DNA of 64,000 bases, taken from positions 2,006,244 through 2,070,243 of the forward strand of contig OZ242187.1 in NCBI GenBank assembly GCA_965205465.1, in the 5' to 3' direction. Shown piece by piece: positions 1 to 8,800 of the stretch (position 1 is the stretch's first letter; each line of letters starts with the position of its first letter). Origin of the DNA: Candidatus Aldehydirespiratoraceae bacterium (GTDB taxonomy: Bacteria; Actinomycetota; Acidimicrobiia; Acidimicrobiales; Aldehydirespiratoraceae). The translations under genes were made by a program, and so were the position numbers. The notes under the pieces are model-generated. The model did no database searches and had not been told where the DNA came from. It saw only the letters and a list, made by a program, of their open reading frames with translations.

Positions 1-849
1 CGCTCCGGCTCCTCCGATGCCATTCACGATGAGCTTGAAGAGGATCCCTCTCTCGACGATGCAGTCGAGAGGGAGGACGAAGAACTCGAGAGAATCGGAG
101 ATGCTGCTTTCGAGCAACTGGAACGACGCGAGCAATACCTTGGTCAGCAGTATCCGTTCACGCTCAACGGAGCCCTCAAGGCGAACCCGGACGCAACCAA
201 AACAATCTATGCCTTCCTTACGGCGATCACATCCGTCTCTCAGGCGGATACGCAAGCACCGCCGAATGCAGCCACTTTGTTCGAACGCCTTAGCGCTGCT
301 ACGCTCGTGAGCTACCTCGGCGGCGGAGATAGCGCACACTCGTATGACTTCGGGTTCCCACGACGCAAAAACCCATCAGCGTTCAAGGACGCAGTCGAAG
401 ACCTCTGCAAAAAAATGGGCGAGGGAGCGGGCTACCGTGCAGACCAAACCAACCCGTCGGACACAAAGGACGCAAAACTTGATCTCGTTGTGTGGGTACC
501 ATTCGGTGACGGTCGACCGAACCAACTCAGTGTCTTCGGCCAGTGTGCCACCGGCCGGAACTGGCAAAGCAAGATCAACGAACTTCAGCCCGTCGATTTC
601 TGCAAACAGTGGTTCCGCGAGCAACCGGCTATGAATCCGGCACTCGCCTTCTTCGTGCCCAGGCACATCAAAGAACGCCAGTGGTCAACGGCCGCCAACG
701 GCGACCGCCGCCTACTGTTTGACCGGCTAAGAATCGCTCACCTGTTATCGAACATTGATCAGGAACTCGCTGACAAATGCGCTGAGTGGACCGAATCAGC
801 GCTCAGCCAGCACCTAGGCGATGGTATGCTGACGGCCGAGGCCCAGTAG
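1..849 (+). CDS. hypothetical protein, C-terminal part (5' end outside window); possible nuclease partner of the adjacent methyltransferase
   Basis: Frame 1 is open from nt 1 to TAG 847-849; the track ORF 277..849 is only its Met-initiated tail. It stops 32 nt before the methylase ATG on the same strand. 'DAKLDLVVW...FGQCATGRNWQSK' is only loosely PD-(D/E)xK-like, so the function is a guess. Confidence 0.5.
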   Translation, partial: RSGSSDAIHDELEEDPSLDDAVEREDEELERIGDAAFEQLERREQYLGQQYPFTLNGALKANPDATKTIYAFLTAITSVSQADTQAPPNAATLFERLSAATLVSYLGGGDSAHSYDFGFPRRKNPSAFKDAVEDLCKKMGEGAGYRADQTNPSDTKDAKLDLVVWVPFGDGRPNQLSVFGQCATGRNWQSKINELQPVDFCKQWFREQPAMNPALAFFVPRHIKERQWSTAANGDRRLLFDRLRIAHLLSNIDQELADKCAEWTESALSQHLGDGMLTAEAQ

Positions 850-881
850 GAGTATCTCGACCGAGGGGCAGGAGAATCGGC

Positions 882-1736
882 ATGAGCGTTGCAAGTCCGC
901 TTCGGTACCCGGGCGGCAAGGCACTAATGACGACTTCCGTGCAACGCATCCGAACCCTCAACAACCTCAACGGCTATGCAGTCGCGGAACCGTTCGCTGG
1001 CGGGGCCGGCTTGTCTCTGACCCTTCTCTACCGCCGCGAGACGCACAAGATCCACATCAACGACCTCGACCCCGCCATCCACGACTTCTGGTGCTCCGCA
1101 GTCCACGAGACCCCGGCAGTGATTGCCTACCTTGAGAATACTCCCGTCTCGGTTGAGGAATGGAGGCGTTGGCGGGAGGTTTACCGCAGAGAAGATTCTT
1201 CACGACTGGATAGAGGGTTCGCGGCGTTCTACCTGAATCGATGCAATCGCTCCGGCATCATTAACGGCGGAGGCGTGATCGGCGGCCTTGCTCAGAGCGG
1301 TCGTTGGAAGATTGACGCGCGGTTCAACAAAGACACACTGCGTGACAGGCTCGAACGCATCGCTGCTGAGCGCGAACGAATATCGGTAACGGGTGACGAC
1401 GGAATAGACCTAATCAGCACTCTTGACCCGGAATCAACCTTCTTCTTCATCGATCCTCCCTACTTCAAGAAGGGGCCGACTCTGTATCTCAACGGCCTAA
1501 CTCCCGAGTATCACACACGCCTTGCGGACAAGCTGAAAGGCATGTCTGCAAGCGCTTGGGCTCTTACCTACGATGATTGCCCCGAAGTCCGCCAGTTGTA
1601 TGACAGTTGGGCGGCGGTCCACCCGTTCTCACTAAGGTACTCAGCCCAACAGAGCCGAGAAGGCAGAGAGGTGCTCATCACACCACCATGGCTGAGAGTG
1701 CCAAAAACTACTTTGCCCCTCGTTCGCTCCGATTAG
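882..1736 (+). CDS. Dam-family (D12 class) N6-adenine DNA methyltransferase
   Basis: ATG 882 is preceded by GGAGAA (871-876). Hallmark motifs are present: 'PLRYPGGK', SAM-binding 'EPFAGGAG' and catalytic 'FFFIDPPYF'. Confidence 0.85.
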   Translation: MSVASPLRYPGGKALMTTSVQRIRTLNNLNGYAVAEPFAGGAGLSLTLLYRRETHKIHINDLDPAIHDFWCSAVHETPAVIAYLENTPVSVEEWRRWREVYRREDSSRLDRGFAAFYLNRCNRSGIINGGGVIGGLAQSGRWKIDARFNKDTLRDRLERIAAERERISVTGDDGIDLISTLDPESTFFFIDPPYFKKGPTLYLNGLTPEYHTRLADKLKGMSASAWALTYDDCPEVRQLYDSWAAVHPFSLRYSAQQSREGREVLITPPWLRVPKTTLPLVRSD

Positions 1737-1988
1737 GGGCTCTTCGAACTGCGGTCGGGTCCCCGTCGTGTCAGTGCTGAGACACGGAACCTCCTCTGGT
1801 CGCTCAGGGTTTGTACTATCCAACATTTGCCCACTTGGGCCAGCACGGCTCGCGGGTCCCGAGCACGGGATCTGTGGGAGAGACCCAACTCACAGCGTGG
1901 CGGTGATGTCGCTCGGCGTGGCTGCGGGGGACCCTCGGTGGGAGGAGGGCGTTCTCTGAGCCAGCGTGGCCTGTGCCCGCGTTCGTGT

Positions 1989-2883
1989 TCAGGATCGAGA
2001 AGTAGCACTCGGAGGGTCTGCGAACGCGGCTACGCAATCGCTGATTCTGCCCAAGGCATCGACCACCACATACACCTCGAGAAAGCCGCTTTCTCGTCCG
2101 GTCAAGGAACCGATATCAAGTCCAAGTTCCAAGAGCAGTTGCGCGTAATCCGCCACTTCTCTCGGGTGATCAGGCAGGTACTTCTCTAGGTGATCTCGAG
2201 ACTGAAAGTAAACTCTGGGTCTGCCGCTCGACATGTTCAGCAGCGACACCGATTTCCCGCCCTTAGATACGCGGGAATAGGCCCGCAACGAGAACCCCTG
2301 GTCTGAGTTTGTGTCCGCCGTTAAGACACCGCGTAGTCCACGACGTGTGGTCATCTCCAACTTGTCCCCGAGCCGTTCGCGCAATCCGACAACGAGCTCG
2401 TGGTCGCGCATCTCGTCGGACACCTCGGCTCTTGACGATGACGATGACCGACCGTAGAGGTATTGGTCAAACTGCTTGAGGAGATGTTCCACATTGATCT
2501 TTACTTGAGGTGTGAGATTCGGTAGCTCCGAGCGAAGGCGCTCGCCGACTTCTTCCAGACTGAGATCACCGTCGTGTGCTCGACGTCCCCACACGGCTTT
2601 GACGGGATCTTCGAACCTACTGCGGTATTCCGCTAACTGGGCTGCGTCATCGTCGAGCTCAACCTCGATCCATGCCAGTTTCGATCCATGCCAGTTTCGA
2701 TCCATCGACACCAACCACCGTGAAGTCGGGTCGCACTCCTCGTTCGTTCACAGGTGGGTATATGACGGCATCTGTCGGAAGGGCGAGCTGTTCAAGAAAC
2801 CATGTCCGCAGCCAATCCTGAGTCATCAAACCGAACAAGGCAACGTTGACCCGATTCTCCGGGTTTGACAGATCCTCATTCAC
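1989..2883 (-). pseudogene. frameshifted PD-(D/E)xK-like (restriction-endonuclease-fold) gene, split by a 16-bp tandem duplication
   Basis: Minus-strand ORFs 2659..2883 and 1989..2714 both encode 'GSKLAWIE' across the duplicated 16-mer. Removing one copy gives 879 nt, a single 292-aa ORF. The N-terminus 'RPDFTVV...WIEVEL' resembles a PD...ExE/K nuclease core. Confidence 0.6.
2666..2705. repeat. perfect 16-bp tandem duplication CGATCCATGCCAGTTT x2 plus an 8-nt partial third copy
   Basis: Read directly: copies at 2666-2681 and 2682-2697, then CGATCCAT at 2698-2705. Confidence 0.95.
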
Positions 2884-3232
2884 AAAAATTCCTGCATTCG
2901 CCGTGGGACGGTCTGTGGTTGCGTTCGAACTGCCCTACCAACCCTCTGAGTTCGATGTGCTCCTAGGGATGGATGTGCTCGGCGATTTCCACATCACCAT
3001 GCAAGGCGGCCTGTTCATAATGAGCAACTAGTAGTTTCCAAGCGGCGGTGGCGGATCTGGGTCGGTCATTACCTAGTCGTGAGTCGTTGGGCTGCACCTG
3101 ACGGATCAGGCCCGTCAACCAGCCGTTCTCGCCAGTGAGCTCCACGGCTTGGCCGCGTGAGGAGCATCGGTGTGGTTGGGGAACCCGCGGCGCTGACCGG
3201 AGCGTTCGGCAGCATTAATCGGCTGACAGTGG

Positions 3233-3562
3233 TCAGTCGGGGAGATCCCAGACGTCGGGGTCGAGGCCGTTCTGGGTGGCGTAGGTGGGCCATTTGAGGA
3301 AACGGTTTTCGGGTGGAGCAGGGACGCCAGCGGCGTGGGTGGCTTCGGGGAGGTATGACCAGTAGCCGGTGGTGGTTCGGTGCCGGCGCGTCGATGTGAC
3401 GGCTTCTGTGGCGAGTCGTCCTAGGCAACCACCGAGAAAGCTGGACGCGGAGTACTTTGTCTTTCCTCTACTTGTGTGGCCCCAGCGCCGGACCATTTCG
3501 GCATAGGTGGTGGGATGCGCCGCGATCTTGTCGACCAACGCGTAGACACCGACTAGTCCCAT
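3233..3562 (-). CDS. hypothetical protein (about 109 aa)
   Basis: ORF 3233..3646, with the likely start at the internal 'MGLVGVYALVDK...' (ATG 3562). No recognisable motif. It is divergent from the RelA/SpoT gene. Confidence 0.4.
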   Translation of the reverse strand: MGLVGVYALVDKIAAHPTTYAEMVRRWGHTSRGKTKYSASSFLGGCLGRLATEAVTSTRRHRTTTGYWSYLPEATHAAGVPAPPENRFLKWPTYATQNGLDPDVWDLPD

Positions 3563-3586
3563 CGGGCGGTTAGCCTTCCGAGTTGA

Positions 3587-4297
3587 ATGCGGTCTGTGAG
3601 CAACACTCAAGCGAACAAAGCTGCGGAGGTGATCCGTGCATCCCATTTGGACGAGTCCAAACTTCTAACTGGACAACAACGCGACGAAGCGCTGAGGGTG
3701 GTGCGGGAGTATCGCGATGATCACAAGTTGGCTCTCGTGACAGCAAACAACGGTCTTCGTTCCTGCCTTCGCACGTTGGACTTGGAAGGTGAGGTTACGC
3801 AGCGGCTGAAACGGGTGCCGACAATTGTGGACAAGCTTCTGCGGCAGCCCACGATGAAGCTATCGCAGATGCATGACATCGGCGGGTGTCGTGTGGTGCT
3901 GGGCTCTGCTGCTGAAGTTGAGAAAGTAAAATCCAGGTTCTCAAGAAACAGCCGTACCAGAAACGGCAAGGACGACAGGATCATCGATTATGTTGAGCGT
4001 CCTCGCACGTCGGGTTACCGTGCTGTGCACCTGCGGACCGTTTATCGTGGCCGCAGAGTTGAAGTTCAGTTGCGGACACCGGGTCAGCACGAGTGGGCCG
4101 TGTTCGTCGAAGAACTCGGAGTGATGCTTGGGCATGATCTCAAGAGCGGTGTTGGCCCTCAGCCGGTCCTGGACTGGCTCTGCAAGCTTGCCGAGGGGAC
4201 CGCTTGCACAGAATCCGGGGTGCCGTTGGACGAGAACTTCCTTGACGACCTGGATAGGCTCACTAGACTGGCGCAACAGGACTTGAGAGGGCCATGA
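3587..4297 (+). CDS. RelA/SpoT-domain protein (small alarmone synthetase-like nucleotide pyrophosphokinase); candidate toxSAS toxin
   Basis: Synthetase-domain signature 'HDIGGCRVVL...RTSGYRAVHLRTVY..RRVEVQLRTPGQHEWA'. At 236 aa it has no hydrolase or regulatory domains. Confidence 0.8.
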   Translation: MRSVSNTQANKAAEVIRASHLDESKLLTGQQRDEALRVVREYRDDHKLALVTANNGLRSCLRTLDLEGEVTQRLKRVPTIVDKLLRQPTMKLSQMHDIGGCRVVLGSAAEVEKVKSRFSRNSRTRNGKDDRIIDYVERPRTSGYRAVHLRTVYRGRRVEVQLRTPGQHEWAVFVEELGVMLGHDLKSGVGPQPVLDWLCKLAEGTACTESGVPLDENFLDDLDRLTRLAQQDLRGP

Positions 4298-4629
4298 ACG
4301 AAACCGGGAAGATTGTCTATTTCTTGATTCGGTTTGACCGCGCTGAGGGCAGGCAAGTTGATCTGCAGGAGTTCACGGATTCCACCAAAGCCGTGGCTGC
4401 TTACACCTCAGAAGAGGAAAAGTACGTGGACGTTCCGCACATGGACATTGTCTTGCTCGGATCGTCCAGTATCGAGACTGTCAAAAAGACCCATGGCAAC
4501 TATTTCGACAGCGACACTGACTGGATCGCTTCCCATCTGGGCGCTATCACCGATCTTGACGCGTTGTCCCAGCGAAGCCTGAGCATCTGGGCGTTGAGGT
4601 CGGATGAGCGAACTGCAGCGTCCGCCTAG
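4294..4629 (+). CDS. hypothetical 111-aa protein, translationally coupled to the RelA/SpoT-domain gene (candidate antitoxin)
   Basis: Its ATG at 4294 overlaps the upstream TGA (ATGA at 4294-4297). No recognisable domain. Confidence 0.55.
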   Translation: MNETGKIVYFLIRFDRAEGRQVDLQEFTDSTKAVAAYTSEEEKYVDVPHMDIVLLGSSSIETVKKTHGNYFDSDTDWIASHLGAITDLDALSQRSLSIWALRSDERTAASA

Positions 4630-4799
4630 ACGCTCGCCCGTAAACCAAAGGCACGGTTTGCGGACGTTCCAGTGACGGTTCGGGTCCGATGGATCGTTCT
4701 CTTACGCGCGAATCGCTTGACTACTGCGAACCGGTTGGGCCGAACGTCCACCAATGGACGGGTCCAGACCCCCGCACGGGCATGTCAGGATGGCTTCAT

Positions 4800-5498
4800 T
4801 CAGTCCTGTTGCCCCGTTGCGGCTTGGGTCATCTGGTGCTGAAGCTCCTCGACGGTGAACGGTATTAGCCCGCCTCTGTGGAGCATGGCGTGACAGTTGG
4901 GACACACCGGCACGAGATCCGTCAAGGGATTGGTCGTGTGGTTGTCGTGATCTGTGATCTGTGACAACGGTGTTGTGTGGTGGACATTGATGAACCCGTC
5001 ACCGATTGCGCCGTAGCGCTTCGAGAAATCCAAATCGCACACTTGGCAGATTGCTCCGTAGTGCTGGATGCACGCGTGCCTTGCTCCGCTGTCACGCTCG
5101 TACCTGTTTACTTCGACTCGGGTCTTCGCGCCCTCTGGAACGGCACCGACACTGTGGTGCCGCACCCCTGCTTCATCACCTGACAGTGCTTCCATACCGT
5201 GACCGCTGAGTTCCTGAAGCAGCCGGGGAGCGGGGTCCGGCATCTCTATCACTGCTGGCCTGTTCCTCCAGCAAGCAGGTGAATGGCCATCGGGCGTTGT
5301 CTGTTCCAAGCCCAAACCCCTCGTAGGGCTCTTGAGCAACTTCCCGACGAACGCATGGTAGTTCCTATGCCCGACCACGCGCCTGTGCTCGTCGAGCATC
5401 CGACGATGCTTAGAGACGTCATAGGTATTGAATCTTTCCGGAAGACTGTCGACCACTTCCTTCATCACGTCCATGTCGTAGTCGTTGAAAGTCACCAT
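4800..5498 (-). CDS. HNH endonuclease-domain protein (McrA-like putative restriction nuclease)
   Basis: C-terminal 'CQVCDLDF...GFINVHHTTPL...LVPVCPNCHAMLH' is an HNH/ββα-Me motif with Cys pairs. ATG 5498 is preceded by AGGAG at 7-nt spacing. The track ORF runs on to 5603 without support. Confidence 0.8.
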   Translation of the reverse strand: MVTFNDYDMDVMKEVVDSLPERFNTYDVSKHRRMLDEHRRVVGHRNYHAFVGKLLKSPTRGLGLEQTTPDGHSPACWRNRPAVIEMPDPAPRLLQELSGHGMEALSGDEAGVRHHSVGAVPEGAKTRVEVNRYERDSGARHACIQHYGAICQVCDLDFSKRYGAIGDGFINVHHTTPLSQITDHDNHTTNPLTDLVPVCPNCHAMLHRGGLIPFTVEELQHQMTQAATGQQD

Positions 5499-5670
5499 TT
5501 GATTGCTCCTATTTTTCTTGTTGTGGATGGTCGCGTTGGACGTAGGGGCGTCAGGCGCGGGGGCATCCTTGTGATCGAGTCGACGCCAGAGCCGAGGTGG
5601 CAACTGAAACTCTGTTGCGGGTCAGGGACGGGTCGTTGGGGTGTTTCAGGGGTGGGATCGAACTTGGGGG

Positions 5671-5709
5671 GGAAAATAGTTAGAGCCCGAGGCCAAGACC
5701 TCGGGCTCT
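5671..5709 (-). terminator. candidate intrinsic terminator downstream of the SLH/FN3 gene
   Basis: Perfect 11-bp stem (5682-5692 / 5699-5709) with a 6-nt loop. On the minus strand it is followed by AACTATTTTCC. It lies about 100 nt after the stop at 5807. Confidence 0.45.
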
Positions 5710-5806
5710 GAACTAATGCTTAGTTGCAATTTTGCAGCTAAGTAGCCGGCGGCTCTCTGTGCCCGGCGGAGAGCACAGGAGCCAGCCGACTACATCTTGG
5801 TATTTC

Positions 5807-8800
5807 TTAGTCGGGTTCCGGCACTATCGGAGGACCGGTGGCCGTACCAGCGACGCCGGTGGGCATACCAGGTGTGCTCTTACCAACATGGTTGACCGCT
5901 ACCACCGTCACTGTGTAGGTGCCGGCGTTCAAGCCGGTGATGGTGTACTCACCGGTTCCAGCACCCGAGACAGCGGCGGCGCTACGGCTACCAGTGATTG
6001 GATCGCTGGCATTGAACCAAGCCACCACGTAGCCCGTGATATCGGTCTCGGTGTTTTCAGGGATACTGGTCCACTCGACGTTGACTGTGGAACCGGTTGC
6101 CTCGTCGACAACGGCTGTCACGTCCACTGGAGGAGTTGGTACGCCTGCGGCGGTGACCGTGCCAGCCAGGTAGCCGAAGCTACCGTTGGTCCCTGACACA
6201 GCCCTGACCCTCACCAGGTAGGTGTCGCCGTCTGCAACGGTGACCTCAGCCTTCGTGTCAGTCAGGTCTACAGCTTGGAACGTTACCCCTGTCCACGGGG
6301 CCGGGTTGGTCGTATTAAGGATTTCCACGACGTAGCTACTGATCGGGCCGGTGCCGTTGGACTGGGTGACCTTCGACCATGTCACGGTCAGCATCGTTCC
6401 ATCGCCGTCCACCATCGGCACGGCTGTCACCGATGCCGGAGCACTCGGGTACAGACCGGTCGACTGTGTGAAGTCAGTTTCCGCGTTGGGTCCGGTTCCA
6501 ATGCCGTTGACGGCCTGGATCTGGATCACGTATGGGACACCGACGGCGAGTCCGGTGAGATTGACCCGTGTCAGCGGGGCATTGACTCGCCTGTCGCTGC
6601 TGAACGGCTCATTGCCGGTCACGTTGAGTGCATACCTCACGAGGTAGTGGGTGATGTCGCTGCCACCATCGGCAGGTTCAGCCCAGAGCACGTCCAACGA
6701 GGTGTAACCAGGCACAACAAGCGTTGTCGAACCCTGAGCAACCGCACCAGGCAGTGTGGCCGGAGTTCCCGAACCCACGCCGAACGGACCAGCCTGTGGT
6801 TGGACACCGACCATGTTCGGATCGCTGTCGTTCTGGGCCTGGACCCGTACGTCGTAGTCCGTGCCGTTTTCCAAACCGGTCAGGGTGACCGTCGTCATCG
6901 GCGCCGCTACTGCTGCGTCATTCCCCCAGTCTCCAGGTTCCGTTTCGACCTCGCCGTCATCGTCTAGCACTACGGAAGTCCGCCGTTGCACGTTGTAACC
7001 AGTCACAGCGCTTGTGCCGTTGGACGATGGCGCATTCCAAGTGACCACCAAGGTCGTACCGCTATGGTCGTCCTCCTCGCCAGCAACTACTGGTGGCGGA
7101 ACAGCGTTTACGTTGGTCGGCGCAGCAGGTACCGGATCAGGATTGCCAGTTCCAGCGGCCGACTCAGCCATGCTTTCGCCAACAGCGGTGATCGTCTTGA
7201 TCGTGACCGCGTACTCATACTGATTGTCCAGACCGGTGATCGTGTACATCCGTGGCTCAGCAGGAACGGTCGCCTCAGCCGGGATGCCAGCGCTCCAAAT
7301 CACCTTGTAGCCAGTGACATCACTGCCGCCGTCGTCTGCGGGAGCGACCCAAGTGATCTGCAAGGACTGATGCGCAGTAGTGACTTCCGGAGCATCGCCC
7401 GGAGCGTCCGGAAGCGTTACCGGAGTACCAGAGCCTTCAGCCCAAGGTCCGTTCAGCGTTTCCTCATCACCGTCTTGGCCGTCGTTGTCATTCGCATCGT
7501 TGTAGCTGTTCGCTCGAACTCGAACTTCGCAAGCGTCGCCGGTCGTCAAACCGGTGATCACAGTAGCTTGAAGCTGCCTGGTCGCGACGTTCGGGACTGG
7601 CTGGGTATTTCCCCAGGCACCTGTGTCACCGCAGCGGTTCTCGATCGTGTAGTTGAGAAGAACCGTGCCACCATCGTCGGCGGGCGCTGTCCAAGAAACG
7701 GCCAACGCCTCACCCGGCGTAGCTGGGGCGGGGGCTTGAGTGACCGTCACGTTCTGTGGAGCGGTCGACGCGGTTGGTGTCGGACTGACAGAGACACTGT
7801 CGGTGCCGGCAGGAACCGAAGCAGGCTCGCCGGTGCCGGCAGCATTCACTGCCGCCACCCACACGGAGTAATTCAGGGAGTTCCTCAAACCGCTGACGGT
7901 GTAACCCGTAGCGTCACCAGCAACATCGGCGGTTTCAGCCGACGCTTGACGTCCGGTGCGCCACGAAACCACATAACCAGTGATCGCGCTGCCACCGTCA
8001 TCTTCGGGGGCGGTCCAACTCAAGACCAGCGTGCTGTTACCAGGCGTCGAAGTGAGTTCGCCAACAAGACCCGGGGCAACCGCTGGGTTGCCGGAGCCCT
8101 CGTCGGACCAGTCGCTCCGGCCGTCATCGCTCACTGCGGCGACACGGAATGTGTAGGTGTCGCCCTGGGTGAGGCCACCGAAGTTGGTCGAAGTGCCGTC
8201 CACCGAAGCCTCGTCGTCAGCGGAGTAGTCGTCATCGCCCGACTTCGACTGCACGACATAGCCGGTGACATCGCTGGTGCCGCTTTCATCAGGGGCTGTC
8301 CAGGAGACATCCAACGCATCACCAGCATCACCGCTGATCGCAACTTCAACACCGGTCGGAACTCCCGGAGCTTCAGCTTGCTCAGCTTCAGGTAGAGCAT
8401 CAAGTGCCCGATACATACGTGCGACGAACGAACCCATCTGCTCGCGTGTCACGTTGTTGGAGGGCGAGTACGTCGTATCTGTAGTGCCCGTCGTGACTTC
8501 CAGAGCAAAGATCTGGCCAATAGCGGTCTGCTCTTCGGGACTGCGCTCACCAATGTCGGTGAACTCAGTGTCACCGGTCGGAGCATCGTCGCCCGCGACC
8601 GCCTTATAGAGACGTGTCAAGAACAGGGCCATGTGCCCGCGAATCACAGGATCGTCCGGCGAATACGTCGTCGGCGTAGTTCCCGTTGTGATGGCAAGCC
8701 CATTAGGACTGATGCGCGCAATGTCATCAGCGTTGGTGTCATCGGCGATGTCGGTGAACTCGTGATCTGCAATCGGCGCTTCCTCGCCTGTCAGCGCCTG

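Noticed and set aside
5745-5780. Apparent palindrome GGCTCTCTGTGCCCGGCGGAGAGCACAGGAGCC just downstream of the SLH/FN3 stop
   Set aside because: On checking, the arms are not reverse complements (CTCTCTGTGC versus GAGAGCACAG), so no stable hairpin forms. The hairpin at 5682-5709 is the better terminator candidate.
6986-8395. 469-aa plus-strand ORF, along with 6275..6967 and others, opposite the SLH/FN3 gene
   Set aside because: It is a shadow ORF antisense to a gene with clear domain structure. The product is Arg/Ser/Val-rich with no motifs, which is typical of high-GC antisense frames.
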